From: Phormidesmis sp.
Lineage (GTDB): Bacteria; Cyanobacteriota; Cyanobacteriia; Leptolyngbyales; Leptolyngbyaceae
Direction of reading: 5' to 3'
DNA: 64,000 nt
NCBI GenBank assembly: GCA_965248535.1
Contig: CBDFJR010000002.1
Location: 1,024,001-1,088,000 of the forward strand
In this document: piece after piece, positions 19,093 through 29,423 of the stretch
How positions within the stretch are numbered: the first letter of the stretch is position 1
Layout of the letters: the number at the start of each line of letters is the position of its first letter
Notes under the pieces: generated by a model
Database searches by the model: none
What the model was told of the DNA's origin: nothing
Seen by the model: only the letters and a program-made list of their open reading frames with translations
Translations under genes and position numbers: made by a program

Positions 19093-19980
19093 GTGGTGAA
19101 TTTTGGATGTGTTTTAACGGCAATGATTACGCCATTTAACCCAGATGGCACGGTCAACTACGCAGTGACCGAGAAACTAGCGGCTCATTTAACTGCCCAC
19201 GGCACCGATACACTGGTGGTTTGTGGCACGACGGGCGAGTCACCCACCTTAAGTTGGGATGAAGAATTTGAGCTATTTAGGGTGGTAAAGAGCGCGATCG
19301 CTGGGAATGCTAAAGTCATGGCAGGAACCGGGTCAAACTCGACGGCGGAGGCGATCGCAGCGACCCAAAAAGCCGCTAAAATGGGGCTAGACGGAAGTTT
19401 GCAAGTGGTTCCTTACTACAACAAGCCGCCTCAGTTGGGGCTTTATCACCACTTTAGAGCGATCGCTGAGTCTGCTGCCGATCTGCCGATCATGCTCTAC
19501 AATGTGCCTGGGCGCACCAGCCAAAACCTTTTGCCCGAAACCATTGCAAAACTGGCTGAAATCCCAAACGTCGTGGCCGTGAAGGAAGCCAGTGGAAATC
19601 TAGACCAGGTTAGCCAAATCAGGCAGTTGACACCTGCTGAGTTTGCCATCTACTCTGGAGACGATTCTCTAACGCTGCCAATATTGGCGATCGGGGGCAA
19701 AGGGGTCGTCAGTGTGGCGAGTCACTTGGTGGGTTCTCAACTTCAGCAAATGATTCAAGCCTTTGAAAGCGGTCAGGTGCAAGCAGCCACTCAGATTCAT
19801 CTCAAGCTCTTTTCACTGTTCAAGGCGTTGTTTATCACGACCAACCCGATTCCGGTCAAAGAAGCTTTAAAGCTGCAAGGGTGGGATGTTGGCTCCTTCC
19901 GTCTTCCTCTCTGCGATCCAGGTGAAGAAGTTCGCGCTATGCTAAAGACTGTGATGGCAGAGCTTAATCTTCTCAACTAG
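19093..19980 (+). CDS. dapA: 4-hydroxy-tetrahydrodipicolinate synthase
   Basis: GTTGES, YNVPGRT and VKEASG motifs. Confidence 0.97.
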   Translation: MVNFGCVLTAMITPFNPDGTVNYAVTEKLAAHLTAHGTDTLVVCGTTGESPTLSWDEEFELFRVVKSAIAGNAKVMAGTGSNSTAEAIAATQKAAKMGLDGSLQVVPYYNKPPQLGLYHHFRAIAESAADLPIMLYNVPGRTSQNLLPETIAKLAEIPNVVAVKEASGNLDQVSQIRQLTPAEFAIYSGDDSLTLPILAIGGKGVVSVASHLVGSQLQQMIQAFESGQVQAATQIHLKLFSLFKALFITTNPIPVKEALKLQGWDVGSFRLPLCDPGEEVRAMLKTVMAELNLLN

Positions 19981-20299
19981 CTCCCAAAAGTTTTCCGAAA
20001 ACTGAATAGTCTACTAGCGGTGCTGAGATTGAGTCCTAGAGTCTCCTCAGTGATTCCGATGTTCACCATTAGACCTTGACTTTGATTGACTGGCTCGATC
20101 ATAAAGATCTACAGGTCACGCTTCAAAGCCTTGAACTGTCTGCCGATCAGTGCCTCTCACTAAACTCTTTACTCTTTTAACCGACCTCACCATGCACTGA
20201 ATTCTTCTCTCTCATTAAACTTTCCTCCTTCGTAATTTGCAAAACCTAACTGTCAATCCATTGAAAACTAATCTTCCAAAACCCACTACAAAGACCCAA

Positions 20300-22063
20300 A
20301 TGACCCAAACCAGTTCTGCTGAAGCGTTGAAAATTATTCCCCTCGGTGGGCTACACGAAATTGGTAAAAATACCTGCGTGTTTGAATACGGTGATGAAAT
20401 CATCCTGCTGGATGCCGGGTTAGCCTTTCCGACCGATGGAATGCACGGCGTTAATATCGTGTTGCCCGACATGACCTATCTGCGCGAAAATCGCCACAAA
20501 ATCAAGGGCATGATCGTCACCCACGGGCACGAAGACCACATTGGCGGCATTCCCTTCCACCTCAAGCAGTTTGACATTCCAGTCATCTACGGGCCGCGCT
20601 TGGCGATGGCGCTGTTAGAAGGCAAGCTAGAAGAAGCGGGCGTGGCTGACCGCACCGAAATCCGCACCGTTCGCCCTCGCGATATTGTCAGAATTGGCTC
20701 TTATTTCTTCGTCGAGTTTATTCGCAACACTCACTCGATCGCTGACAGTTTCACGGTGGCCATTCACACTCCAGTAGGGATTGTCATTCACACAGGTGAC
20801 TTCAAATTTGACCACACTCCCGTCGATGGCGAGTTCTTTGACTTTCAGAAGCTAGCAGAATACGGCGAGAAAGGCGTTCACTGTCTGATCAGCGACTCAA
20901 CTAACTCAGAGGTTCCTGGCTTTACGCCCTCTGAGCGCGCAGTGTTTCCTAACCTCGATCGCATTTTTAGCCAAGCTCAAGGACGTTTGCTCGTCACCAC
21001 CTTTGCGTCGTCAGTGCACCGGATCAATATGATCTTGGAATTGGCGAAAAAGCACAACCGAGTTGTGTCAGTGATTGGGCGCTCAATGCTCAACGTGATC
21101 GCCCACGCTCGTAATTTGGGCTATATCAAGTGCGAAGATGATCTGCTGCAACCGTTGCATATGACCCACAAGCTGCCCGACAGCAGCGTGCTGATCCTGA
21201 CCACTGGGTCACAGGGTGAGCCAATGTCTGCCATGACTCGGATTGCCAACGGAGAGCACCGTCAAGTCAAAGCCAGACAGGGCGACACGATCGTGTTCTC
21301 GGCCAACCCGATTCCGGGCAACACGATCGCGGTGGTCAACACGATCGACAAACTGATGATGCAAGGAGCCAAAGTCGTCTACGGCAAAGACCAAGGCATC
21401 CACGTTTCGGGTCACGGCTGTCAAGAAGACCAGAAGCTGATGATTGGGTTGACTCGTCCCCGGTTCTTCTTGCCCGTTCACGGTGAGCATCGAATGTTGG
21501 TCAAACACTCTCAGACGGCTCAGAGCACAGGCATTCCGGCTGAGAATATGGTGATTATCGATAACGGAGACGTGATCGAATTGGGCAAAGACTCCCTGCG
21601 CAAGGTTGGCAAGGTGCCCGCCGGAATCGAGCTTGTAGACACCTCTCGCTCTGGCATGGTCAATGACAAAGTGTTGAAAGAGCGGCAGCAGTTGGCAGGC
21701 GATGGCATTGTGACGATCGCTGCCACCATCGACGGAGATGGTCATCTGTTTTCAAAGCCAGAAGTGCATTTGCGCGGTGTTGTGTCTGCGATCGAGCGCC
21801 CGGTTTTGCAGTCAAAAGCTGAAGCCGCGATCGAGGCTGTGTTGCGCGATCGCTGGAAGGAGTTTACCCGCGAGTTAGAAGGTCAGATCGAAACCGATTG
21901 GGCGGGCTTGCAGGTGCAGATCGAGCGTGAGCTACACCGATTGCTGAAGCGTGAGTTGCAGAGCAATCCGCTCTTGGTGTTTTTGATGCAAAATCCTGAG
22001 CCTGCGGAGGTCAAATCGACGGCTCCGACTCGGCAACGAGCAGCCGTAAAGGTTGCGTCTTAG
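20300..22063 (+). CDS. rnj: Ribonuclease J
   Basis: LGGLHEIGKN, HGHEDH and HVSGH motifs. Confidence 0.96.
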   Translation: MTQTSSAEALKIIPLGGLHEIGKNTCVFEYGDEIILLDAGLAFPTDGMHGVNIVLPDMTYLRENRHKIKGMIVTHGHEDHIGGIPFHLKQFDIPVIYGPRLAMALLEGKLEEAGVADRTEIRTVRPRDIVRIGSYFFVEFIRNTHSIADSFTVAIHTPVGIVIHTGDFKFDHTPVDGEFFDFQKLAEYGEKGVHCLISDSTNSEVPGFTPSERAVFPNLDRIFSQAQGRLLVTTFASSVHRINMILELAKKHNRVVSVIGRSMLNVIAHARNLGYIKCEDDLLQPLHMTHKLPDSSVLILTTGSQGEPMSAMTRIANGEHRQVKARQGDTIVFSANPIPGNTIAVVNTIDKLMMQGAKVVYGKDQGIHVSGHGCQEDQKLMIGLTRPRFFLPVHGEHRMLVKHSQTAQSTGIPAENMVIIDNGDVIELGKDSLRKVGKVPAGIELVDTSRSGMVNDKVLKERQQLAGDGIVTIAATIDGDGHLFSKPEVHLRGVVSAIERPVLQSKAEAAIEAVLRDRWKEFTRELEGQIETDWAGLQVQIERELHRLLKRELQSNPLLVFLMQNPEPAEVKSTAPTRQRAAVKVAS

Positions 22064-22078
22064 GAGTTCCATAAACTG

Positions 22079-22110
22079 AAAAAAGCCCTGGCCACCTGGC
22101 TAGGGCTTTT
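22079..22110. terminator. Bidirectional terminator-like hairpin
   Basis: AAAAAAGCCCTGGCC-ACCT-GGCTAGGGCTTTT between convergent genes. Confidence 0.8.
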
Positions 22111-22129
22111 CTGTAGACACAAAGAAACT

Positions 22130-22477
22130 TTATTCTTTACCCGTCACTTTCTCGATCAACTCTTTAGCGCCTTCAACCACTGGGTTATCGCTGGGGTGTT
22201 CTTCTTTGAAAGTTTCTAAATCCTTTTCATACTCTTTTTCTACGCCGTTTGACTTCTTGGCAGTGTCGATCGCTTCTTCATAAGCCGCTTCACGGTTGGT
22301 TGCCGTTTGCGGCTCGTCTAAAACAAATGGCTGCTCTTTCACGGGTTGCTTTAAGATGTCTGCGTAGCTAGGCTGCTCGGCGACAAAGAATCCAGAAGTG
22401 TAGATGAGACTCACCAGCCCCACCAGCACCATCGTTTTATAAACGGTTTGTTTCAGCGTTAAAAAAACCTGTCTCAT
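22130..22477 (-). CDS. Hypothetical secreted or membrane-anchored small protein
   Basis: N-terminal hydrophobic segment and acidic C-terminus. Confidence 0.75.
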   Translation of the reverse strand: MRQVFLTLKQTVYKTMVLVGLVSLIYTSGFFVAEQPSYADILKQPVKEQPFVLDEPQTATNREAAYEEAIDTAKKSNGVEKEYEKDLETFKEEHPSDNPVVEGAKELIEKVTGKE

Positions 22478-22710
22478 AAAAAATTCCTCTCTACGAATGT
22501 TTGTCACTCACGGTTTGCGATGTGAACTTGACCCGTAATTTAAACTCAAATCCTATTTAATCCCTCTATCAGAGGAACGATTTAGCAATTGTCAGGAATT
22601 TTTGATAGTTGAGAGCAACGATCGTCCCCGTTTGATCTCTAAAATATTCAGAGGCAGTCCAATAATTGTTTGCGGCTGCTGCCTTGATCTATCCGCCGGA
22701 ATGATTTTTC

Positions 22711-22724
22711 GTAACCGAAGATAC
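22711..22724. promoter_or_regulatory. Candidate NtcA box
   Basis: GTAACCGAAGATAC matches GTA-N8-TAC, 75 bp upstream of argZ. Confidence 0.55.
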
Positions 22725-22798
22725 AACCATTAGCGCCAATTTCTCATTCACTAGGCTGATTGGTCGCGTCTAATTCCCCTCACAACCCCGATTTTTCT

Positions 22799-24907
22799 AT
22801 GACTTCCTCGCTTCGATTTCTCATGTGTCCCCCTGATCACTACGATGTGGATTATGTCATCAATCCTTGGATGGAGGGCAACATCCACAAGTCGTCGCGC
22901 GATCGGGCGGTTGAGCAGTGGCAAAAGTTGCACAACGTGATTCAACAGCACGCAGTGGTCAACCTGGTCAGCCCCCAAAAGGGGATTCCAGATATGGTCT
23001 TCACCGCCAATGCAGGCTTAGTCTTAGGCAAGACGGTTGTTTTGAGCCGCTTTTTTCACAAAGAGAGACAGGGAGAAGAACCCTTCTTTAAAGCGTGGTT
23101 TGAGGAGAATGACTACACCGTTCACGAATTGCCCAAAGATCTGCCGTTTGAAGGGGCAGGCGATGCTTTGCTCGATCGAGAAGGTCGCTGGCTCTGGGCA
23201 GGCTATGGTTTTCGGTCTGAGTTAGATTCGCATCCCTATCTGGCAAAGTGGCTAGATATTGAAGTTCTATCGCTGCGGCTGATGGATGAGCGGTTTTATC
23301 ATTTAGACACCTGCTTTTGCCCCCTGAGCAATGGCTATCTGCTCTACTATCCGCCTGCGTTTGATGCTTACTCCAATCGCTTGATTGAGATGCGCGTCCC
23401 GGAAGCCAAGCGGATTGCGATCGCCGAACCTGATGCGGTCACCTTTGCCTGCAACGCGGTCAACATTGAAGAAATTGTGATTCTCAATCAGGCCAGTGAT
23501 GACCTCAAACGCAAGCTGTCTAAAGTAGGGTTTCGCGTGATTGAAACTCCGCTCACAGAGTTTCTCAAAGCGGGGGGTGCGTCTAAATGTCTAACGCTGC
23601 GGGTCACAGAGCCAGTGCGCGTCGAGCTTCATGCTAGTGCGGCGATCGAGAGTCGCGTCATGCGGCTAGAAGGGCATTTGCTCGATTCGGGGTTGATCAA
23701 CCAAGCGCTAGATGTAGTGGTCGAAGCGGGCGGCAGCTTTCAGGTGCTCAATTTTCATCTCGGTGAGCAGCGGCAAAGCACCTCGTCGGCTGAGGTGAAG
23801 GTAACGGCTCCGTCTCACGCGATCATGGAAACGATCATGAGCCAGTGGATCGATCTCGGAGCGCTGCCGCCGCCCCAAGAAATTTGTGACTGTGAGTTAG
23901 AAACCGTGATTCAGACGGGCGTTGCCCCCGATGATTTCTATGTGACTACAATTTATCCGACTGAGGTGCGGGTGCAGGGGCTGTGGCTGAAAGTGCAGAA
24001 ACAGCGCATGGATGCCGCGATCGTGCTCCCAAAAGATGACAGTGCGCCTGTCTGCAAGCTATTGCGAGATGTGGAAACGGGCGATCGTGTGGTCGTGGGC
24101 GTAGACGGCATTCGCACGGTTCGCAAAACTGAGTCGCGTGAGCAGCGCAACACCCAAGAGTTTAGCTTCATGGGGGCGGGCGTTTCGAGTGAGCGGCGCG
24201 TTGAGTTAGTGGTTGAGCAAATCGCCTGGGAACTGCGAAAGATTCGCGATCACGGCGGCAAGGTGGTGGTGACGGCGGGCCCGGTGGTGATTCACACGGG
24301 CGGCGGTGAGCATCTGGCGCACCTAGTGAGAGAAGGCTATGTGCAGGCGCTGCTGGGCGGAAACGCGATCGCCGTTCACGACATGGAGCAGTCTTTGATG
24401 GGCACATCGCTGGGCATGGATATGAAGCGAGGCGTGTCAGTCAGAGGCGGGCATCGTCATCATCTCAAGGTGATCAACTTGGTTCGTCGGCACGGCAGCA
24501 TTGCAGAAACGGTGAAAAGTGGCGTTCTGACCAGCGGCATTCTCTATGAATGCGTCAAGCACAAAGTGCCCTTCTCGCTAGCTGGCTCGATTCGCGATGA
24601 TGGCCCGTTGCCAGATACGCAAATGGATCTGGTTAAAGCCCAAGAGGACTATAGCCGCCTGATTGAAGGGGCAGATATGATCCTGATGCTGTCATCAATG
24701 CTGCACTCGATCGGGGTGGGCAATATGACTCCATCGGGGGTCAAAATGGTGTGTGTGGATATCAACCCGGCCGTGGTGACGAAGTTGAGCGATCGTGGCT
24801 CGGTGGAGTCAGTTGGGGTAGTGACTGACGTAGGGTTGTTCCTGAGTTTGTTGGTGCAGCAGTTAGATAAGCTGACGCATCCCTATCCGATGGCTTCGGT
24901 GGGCTGA
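22799..24907 (+). CDS. argZ: Bifunctional arginine dihydrolase/ornithine cyclodeaminase (ArgZ/AgrE)
   Basis: Amidinotransferase-fold N-terminus (INPWM, PDMVFTAN, YHLDTC, GGASKC) followed by the LOR/SDH-type region (GHLLDSG) and AGSIRDDGPLPD. Confidence 0.92.
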   Translation: MTSSLRFLMCPPDHYDVDYVINPWMEGNIHKSSRDRAVEQWQKLHNVIQQHAVVNLVSPQKGIPDMVFTANAGLVLGKTVVLSRFFHKERQGEEPFFKAWFEENDYTVHELPKDLPFEGAGDALLDREGRWLWAGYGFRSELDSHPYLAKWLDIEVLSLRLMDERFYHLDTCFCPLSNGYLLYYPPAFDAYSNRLIEMRVPEAKRIAIAEPDAVTFACNAVNIEEIVILNQASDDLKRKLSKVGFRVIETPLTEFLKAGGASKCLTLRVTEPVRVELHASAAIESRVMRLEGHLLDSGLINQALDVVVEAGGSFQVLNFHLGEQRQSTSSAEVKVTAPSHAIMETIMSQWIDLGALPPPQEICDCELETVIQTGVAPDDFYVTTIYPTEVRVQGLWLKVQKQRMDAAIVLPKDDSAPVCKLLRDVETGDRVVVGVDGIRTVRKTESREQRNTQEFSFMGAGVSSERRVELVVEQIAWELRKIRDHGGKVVVTAGPVVIHTGGGEHLAHLVREGYVQALLGGNAIAVHDMEQSLMGTSLGMDMKRGVSVRGGHRHHLKVINLVRRHGSIAETVKSGVLTSGILYECVKHKVPFSLAGSIRDDGPLPDTQMDLVKAQEDYSRLIEGADMILMLSSMLHSIGVGNMTPSGVKMVCVDINPAVVTKLSDRGSVESVGVVTDVGLFLSLLVQQLDKLTHPYPMASVG

Positions 24908-24908
24908 G

Positions 24909-25124
24909 GATCGTGGGTTAAACGCTGTCGGGGAGTGGCATGGTTACTGGGCACGGCAGTGCCGTGCCCTTACGGCGATCGTGGATTAAACGCTGTCAGG
25001 GAGTGGCATGGTTATTGGGCACGGCAGTGCCGTGCCCTTACGGCGATCGATCGTGGATTAAATTCTGTCGGGGAGTGGCATGGTTACAGGGCACGGCAGT
25101 GCCGTGCCCTTACGGCGATCGATC
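24909..25124. repeat. Three near-identical 68-bp tandem units, each carrying a REP-like palindrome
   Basis: Units at 24909-24976, 24977-25044 and 25049-25116; core GGGCACGGCAGTGCCGTGCCC. Confidence 0.95.
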
Positions 25125-25149
25125 AGGGGTTCTGCTGCCTTCTGTAGAG

Positions 25150-25503
25150 CTATTTGGTTTTGTTTAATCCATTATTCTTGAGCAGGGCGGCACAGGCTTG
25201 AACGAGTTGTCTGAGAGTTTCTGGCATTGGTTTGCCTGCATCAAGATCGGTGCTGAGGGTTGTAAATTCCTTTAGGGTATATTGCTCTTGAATTCCTTCG
25301 ATCGAGCAGGTGCAGACCGATTTCATCGTTTCAGGATCATTCGTTTTGCCGCCGCCCGCCGTGCAAGCATCAACAAAAGTTTTTACGAGCACTTCAGGAT
25401 AGACGTGTTCGCTCTGATCGGTCTGCTGCGCCTGCCCCGGAGATGAGACAACCAAAATAGATAAACCCGCGCTGAGAGCTAGGAAGATGGAACGCGATCG
25501 CAT
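25150..25503 (-). CDS. Hypothetical secreted Cys-containing protein
   Basis: Signal peptide followed by a C...CxC...C pattern. Confidence 0.8.
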   Translation of the reverse strand: MRSRSIFLALSAGLSILVVSSPGQAQQTDQSEHVYPEVLVKTFVDACTAGGGKTNDPETMKSVCTCSIEGIQEQYTLKEFTTLSTDLDAGKPMPETLRQLVQACAALLKNNGLNKTK

Positions 25504-25541
25504 AGTGAAATTCTCAAAAAAGAGCTGGATTTTTTCTTTTT

Positions 25542-25680
25542 ATACCAATTTTGGATGCGATTGCGACTGATCGTTCAATCCGACGGGGCACGGCAATGCC
25601 ATGCCCCTACGATTTTTGTACGGGCATGGCACTGCCGTGCCCTCTTGCGGATCTGTCGCATTCACAAATCAAATTGGCAT
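25542..25680. repeat. MITE/REPIN-like element: inverted REP doublet inside imperfect terminal inverted repeats
   Basis: ATACCAATTT...TGCGACTGATC and GATCTGTCGCA...AAATTGGCAT flank two GGGCA(C/T)GGCA-TGCC(A/G)TGCCC palindromes. Confidence 0.75.
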
Positions 25681-25775
25681 CACATTCTAGCGCTGGCCTC
25701 TAGATAGGCTCAAAAACTCTTTAAAATCCTTCAAAATCAGGCTGCTAAACTCAAGAGACGTAAATCACGGGATCT

Positions 25776-26768
25776 ATGGATATTTCTGAATTTGTGCCTA
25801 TTTTAGCAACCGCGATCGCCACATCTACGCCCCTCGTGCTGGCTTGTCTGGGTGAAACCATCACCGAACGCGCCGGAGTCATCAATCTCTCGGCCGAAGG
25901 CACAATTTTGCTAGGAGCGATGACGAGCTTTGCGATCGCCAAAACTCTCGAAGGATCGGGAACAGTGCCCAGTCTATTAGCCGGATTTGCTGGAGCCGCT
26001 TTGGTCGGAGCCGCGATCGCGCTGATCGTCGCTTTCGGAACGCTAACTCTCAAACAATCCCAAGTGGCGATCGGGTTTGTGTTGGCCTTGTTAGGCGCAA
26101 ATTTATCATCGTTTTTGGGCAACTCTTTTGTGAGAATTCCCGGCCCGACGGTGCCCAGTTTTAAGATTCCTGGGCTGGAGTCAATTCCGTTTGTCGGCAG
26201 TCTGCTGTTTCAAAGCGATCTGCTGGTCTATCTGAGCTATGGCGCGATCGCGCTGGTGTGGGTCTACTTCTATCGGACTCGTGCAGGTCTGATGCTGAGA
26301 GCGATCGGAGAACAGCCCAACGCCGCCTTTGCGCGAGGAACCAATGTCGTCAAGATGCGCTATGTCTACACGCTGATCGGTGGAGCCATGATGGGAATCG
26401 CCGGAGCCGCTTTTTCTCTAGATTTCAAGGCGGGCTGGAGTCATATGCACACGGCTGGCTATGGCTGGATTGCCTTAGCGATCGTGATTTTTGGCGGCTG
26501 GAATCCGCTGCGGGTGGCGTTAAGCTGTTATTTGTTTGGCATTCTCCAATCTTTGGCTAGCGTTGCTCAAAGCACGATTCCTGCCGTTCCGAGTCAGGTG
26601 TTTAACGTCGCTCCTTTCATGTTGATGATTTTATTATTGGTGCTGACTTCTAGCGAATGGGTCGAGCGATTATTAAAGCTATTGCCTTCACCGATCGATC
26701 GAGCAGCATCAGAATTGATTCGCAGTACGCCACCTGCTGCATTAGGCAAAGTGTTTGAACAAGATTAA
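25776..26768 (+). CDS. ABC transporter permease (nucleoside/sugar type)
   Basis: ERAGVINLSAEG, LRAIGEQP and GYGWIALA motifs. Confidence 0.9.
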   Translation: MDISEFVPILATAIATSTPLVLACLGETITERAGVINLSAEGTILLGAMTSFAIAKTLEGSGTVPSLLAGFAGAALVGAAIALIVAFGTLTLKQSQVAIGFVLALLGANLSSFLGNSFVRIPGPTVPSFKIPGLESIPFVGSLLFQSDLLVYLSYGAIALVWVYFYRTRAGLMLRAIGEQPNAAFARGTNVVKMRYVYTLIGGAMMGIAGAAFSLDFKAGWSHMHTAGYGWIALAIVIFGGWNPLRVALSCYLFGILQSLASVAQSTIPAVPSQVFNVAPFMLMILLLVLTSSEWVERLLKLLPSPIDRAASELIRSTPPAALGKVFEQD

Positions 26769-26788
26769 TAGCACCGATCAAAATCGTG

Positions 26789-28237
26789 TCACGATCGACA
26801 GCGATCGCACCGTCCACATTTAAAGTCCACCGCTTCTGCTTCAAATCCAAACGCCCGCAGCAAGAAGCTCCAGCGACACGATCGCGTCTTTAAATAATCT
26901 CGCATTGGCTGCGTCGAGTTAGACGAGTTTGCAGATTGAGGACTGTGAGCCGGATCAGCCGCGTGAATCGTGTAGTGAAATGGGTCAGCCCAAGTTAACC
27001 GTCCCTGACTTTGCAAGAGCGAAAGCGCGATCGGGCTTTCTTTATGCTGTTTAGCAATCTCATTCACATTGCCGTGCTGAGGCAGGTTTTTTAGAAGTTT
27101 TTGGGCTGCTTGCTGCTGCGATCGCGTTTGTGTTTCAAAAAATTTCCAGCGCTGTTGATCTTCCGAATCTAGCCAGCCACTCACCAGCGTTAACGCTTTT
27201 GCAAATTTGCCATCGCGTCCGGCTCGTCCAATCTCCTGCACATATTCACTCAACAAAAACGGGGCGTGAAAGTGCACAATCCATCGGACATTTGACTTGT
27301 TAACCCCCATCCCAAAGGCGCAGGTGCAGACCACAAACTGAAGCGCATCAGTTAACCAGGCTTGCTCAATGCGGCGGCGATCGCTGGCTCCTAACCCGGC
27401 ATGATAAGCCGCCGTTTGATAGCCCATTTGCCGCAGCCAGTCTGACAGTTCTTCGCTGTCGCGTCGCGTCCGCACATAGACTAATCCTGCCTGTTTGGGT
27501 TGAGCCTGAATGAATTTTAGCAACTGGTCTCGTCGCCCTCGCGGAGTCTGCACGGTTTGAACGGTGAGACTGAGATTGCTGCGATAGGGATTGAGCCGAA
27601 AGATCTGCGGATTCTGTAATTGCAAAACTTGCTCGATCGTGGCTTGAGTTTGAGGATCAGCCGTCGCCGTAAAGGCCGCGATCGCGATCTGAGTTCCAGC
27701 AGGTTTGTGCTGCAAGAGCGCCGATCGCACCGCGCCCAAACGATAATAAGCAGGTCGAAAAGCTTGCCCCCACTGCGTTAGACAATGGGCTTCATCTAAA
27801 ATCAGTCCGTTGATTTGCAAGTTGGGATTGCACAGCCGTTGCCAAACCGGAGTGCTCAACAGCGTTTCTGGCGAGAGATAAAGCAGCCGCAGTCGTTGAG
27901 CCTCGATCGCCGAGAGCACCTGTTTGCGCTGCGGGGCAGCCAATTCACTATGCAATAGCGCCGCAGGCAACCGCCGTTGCCGCAACTCCTGCACCTGATT
28001 TTCCATTAAGGCAACTAGGGGCGAAACGACGATCGTTAATCCGGTTTGCAGCAGAGCAGGAAGCTGAAAGCAGATCGACTTGCCGCCGCCCGTTGGCATA
28101 ATGATCAGAGCATCCGTTTGAGCTAGCAAGGTTTCCACGATTTCACCTTGGGGCGGTCGAAAGTTGTCATAGCCCCAAATTTTCTGGAAGAGCGATCGCA
28201 CATCGGTTGCCGAATGCGGAGGTCGAGCAAGATTCAT
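26789..28237 (-). CDS. recQ: RecQ-family ATP-dependent DNA helicase (short form, no HRDC)
   Basis: MPTGGGKS, DEAHC, QEIGRAGRDG and C-terminal Zn motif CGRCDRC. Confidence 0.92.
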   Translation of the reverse strand: MNLARPPHSATDVRSLFQKIWGYDNFRPPQGEIVETLLAQTDALIIMPTGGGKSICFQLPALLQTGLTIVVSPLVALMENQVQELRQRRLPAALLHSELAAPQRKQVLSAIEAQRLRLLYLSPETLLSTPVWQRLCNPNLQINGLILDEAHCLTQWGQAFRPAYYRLGAVRSALLQHKPAGTQIAIAAFTATADPQTQATIEQVLQLQNPQIFRLNPYRSNLSLTVQTVQTPRGRRDQLLKFIQAQPKQAGLVYVRTRRDSEELSDWLRQMGYQTAAYHAGLGASDRRRIEQAWLTDALQFVVCTCAFGMGVNKSNVRWIVHFHAPFLLSEYVQEIGRAGRDGKFAKALTLVSGWLDSEDQQRWKFFETQTRSQQQAAQKLLKNLPQHGNVNEIAKQHKESPIALSLLQSQGRLTWADPFHYTIHAADPAHSPQSANSSNSTQPMRDYLKTRSCRWSFLLRAFGFEAEAVDFKCGRCDRCRS

Positions 28238-28353
28238 AAACGTCTGAAAAACGCTTTCAGTAGAGTGCCCATCAAACCCGGTTGACTAGAATCGCAGTGC
28301 GGGCGATCGCCAAATATGCGAGACTGCTAGAATCGCGTTCCTCACGGTTTGAC

Positions 28354-28917
28354 ATGACGCAATCTGATGCCTCACCCACACTCAAGCAAATCGCTAGCAC
28401 CTTCCGACTCACAGGCTGGATCAGTTTTTGGTCGCAACTTGTTTTAACGATCGTGTCGGGTGCGATTTTGCTGTTTGCCCCGATCGCGAGCCGAGGAGTT
28501 GACTCTGCCAACAACCCCGGAACGAATGTAGGCGTGGTTTTAACCGTCTGTGGAATTGCGGTCTTGGGCTTTAATATGTATTGGGCTGTGTTGCGCTACA
28601 TTCCGATCGGTCGTCGCTTGCAGGGGGCCGCGGCTGCCCGTCCCAAAAAGGCAGAAGCCATTCAAGTCTTGAGAACTGGACTGATTGCCAGCTTAGTCGG
28701 AATTTTGCTGGCCCTGCTAGGAGCCGAGGCGATCATCGGGCTGCTGTTTGGCAAAGCGTTGAGTCAAGGCGCGGCCGGGTTTATCAACACCGACCAATCA
28801 AAATTTATTAAGCCGCTCGATATTCTAGTCGTGCAGGCTAGCATCAACGTGATCTTGGCGCATTTTGTGGCGATCGCCACTTCACTTTGGCTCTTAAACA
28901 AGATGAGCCGCCAGTAA
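28354..28917 (+). CDS. DUF3611-like membrane protein (Tic21-related)
   Basis: GWISFWSQLVL ... LDILVVQA pattern; 4 TM segments. Confidence 0.8.
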   Translation: MTQSDASPTLKQIASTFRLTGWISFWSQLVLTIVSGAILLFAPIASRGVDSANNPGTNVGVVLTVCGIAVLGFNMYWAVLRYIPIGRRLQGAAAARPKKAEAIQVLRTGLIASLVGILLALLGAEAIIGLLFGKALSQGAAGFINTDQSKFIKPLDILVVQASINVILAHFVAIATSLWLLNKMSRQ

Positions 28918-28921
28918 GCTC

Positions 28922-29167
28922 CTAATTTTCTAGCCAGTCTAAAATCTGATTGAGTTGCTCTAGCGAGACTAACCCATAGTGCCAAAGCACCATCGGCAGC
29001 GGCCCATTTTCTTGCTTGGCATAGCGAATGGCCATCGCGATCGCCGAGGGCGATAGACAAAGCTCTTCTTGCAGAAAGTGGATCAGGTGAGCATTTTGAC
29101 GGTTAAGCCCCCGCTCATCGGCTTCTAGTTGGTATTGTTCAATAATTTCAAACGGCAGCACAGACAT
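28922..29167 (-). CDS. DUF2949-like protein
   Basis: LIHFLQEEL...PLPMVLWHYGLVSLEQLNQILDWL. Confidence 0.85.
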   Translation of the reverse strand: MSVLPFEIIEQYQLEADERGLNRQNAHLIHFLQEELCLSPSAIAMAIRYAKQENGPLPMVLWHYGLVSLEQLNQILDWLEN

Positions 29168-29423
29168 GGTAGAGAACCCTTGATGAAAGGAGCGATCAGT
29201 GAATTTAGGTGTTTATACTAACATCTAAATTGTGGGTTGAAAAATAAATTCAGTGAATTCTCGGTAGGCGATTGAATCAGCATTTTTACCTACAGAATCG
29301 CAGGTCTAGGGGCTTTGAGAATGCGTTTCAACCAGTTAAGCATTAGTTCAGAGATACTGATCATTAAATTTGAGTAAAGAGTATAGTGATGCAGTCAACT
29401 AATTGGAGCTAATTTAGCCAATT

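Noticed and set aside
24909..25124. Possible CRISPR array
   Set aside because: The would-be spacers are nearly identical to each other and no cas genes are present; this is a tandem repeat.
24935..25167. ORFs 24935-25147 and 24940-25167
   Set aside because: They are translations of the tandem repeat.
25776..26768. Orphan ABC permease as a novel system
   Set aside because: Dispersed ABC subunits are common in cyanobacteria, and partners probably lie elsewhere.
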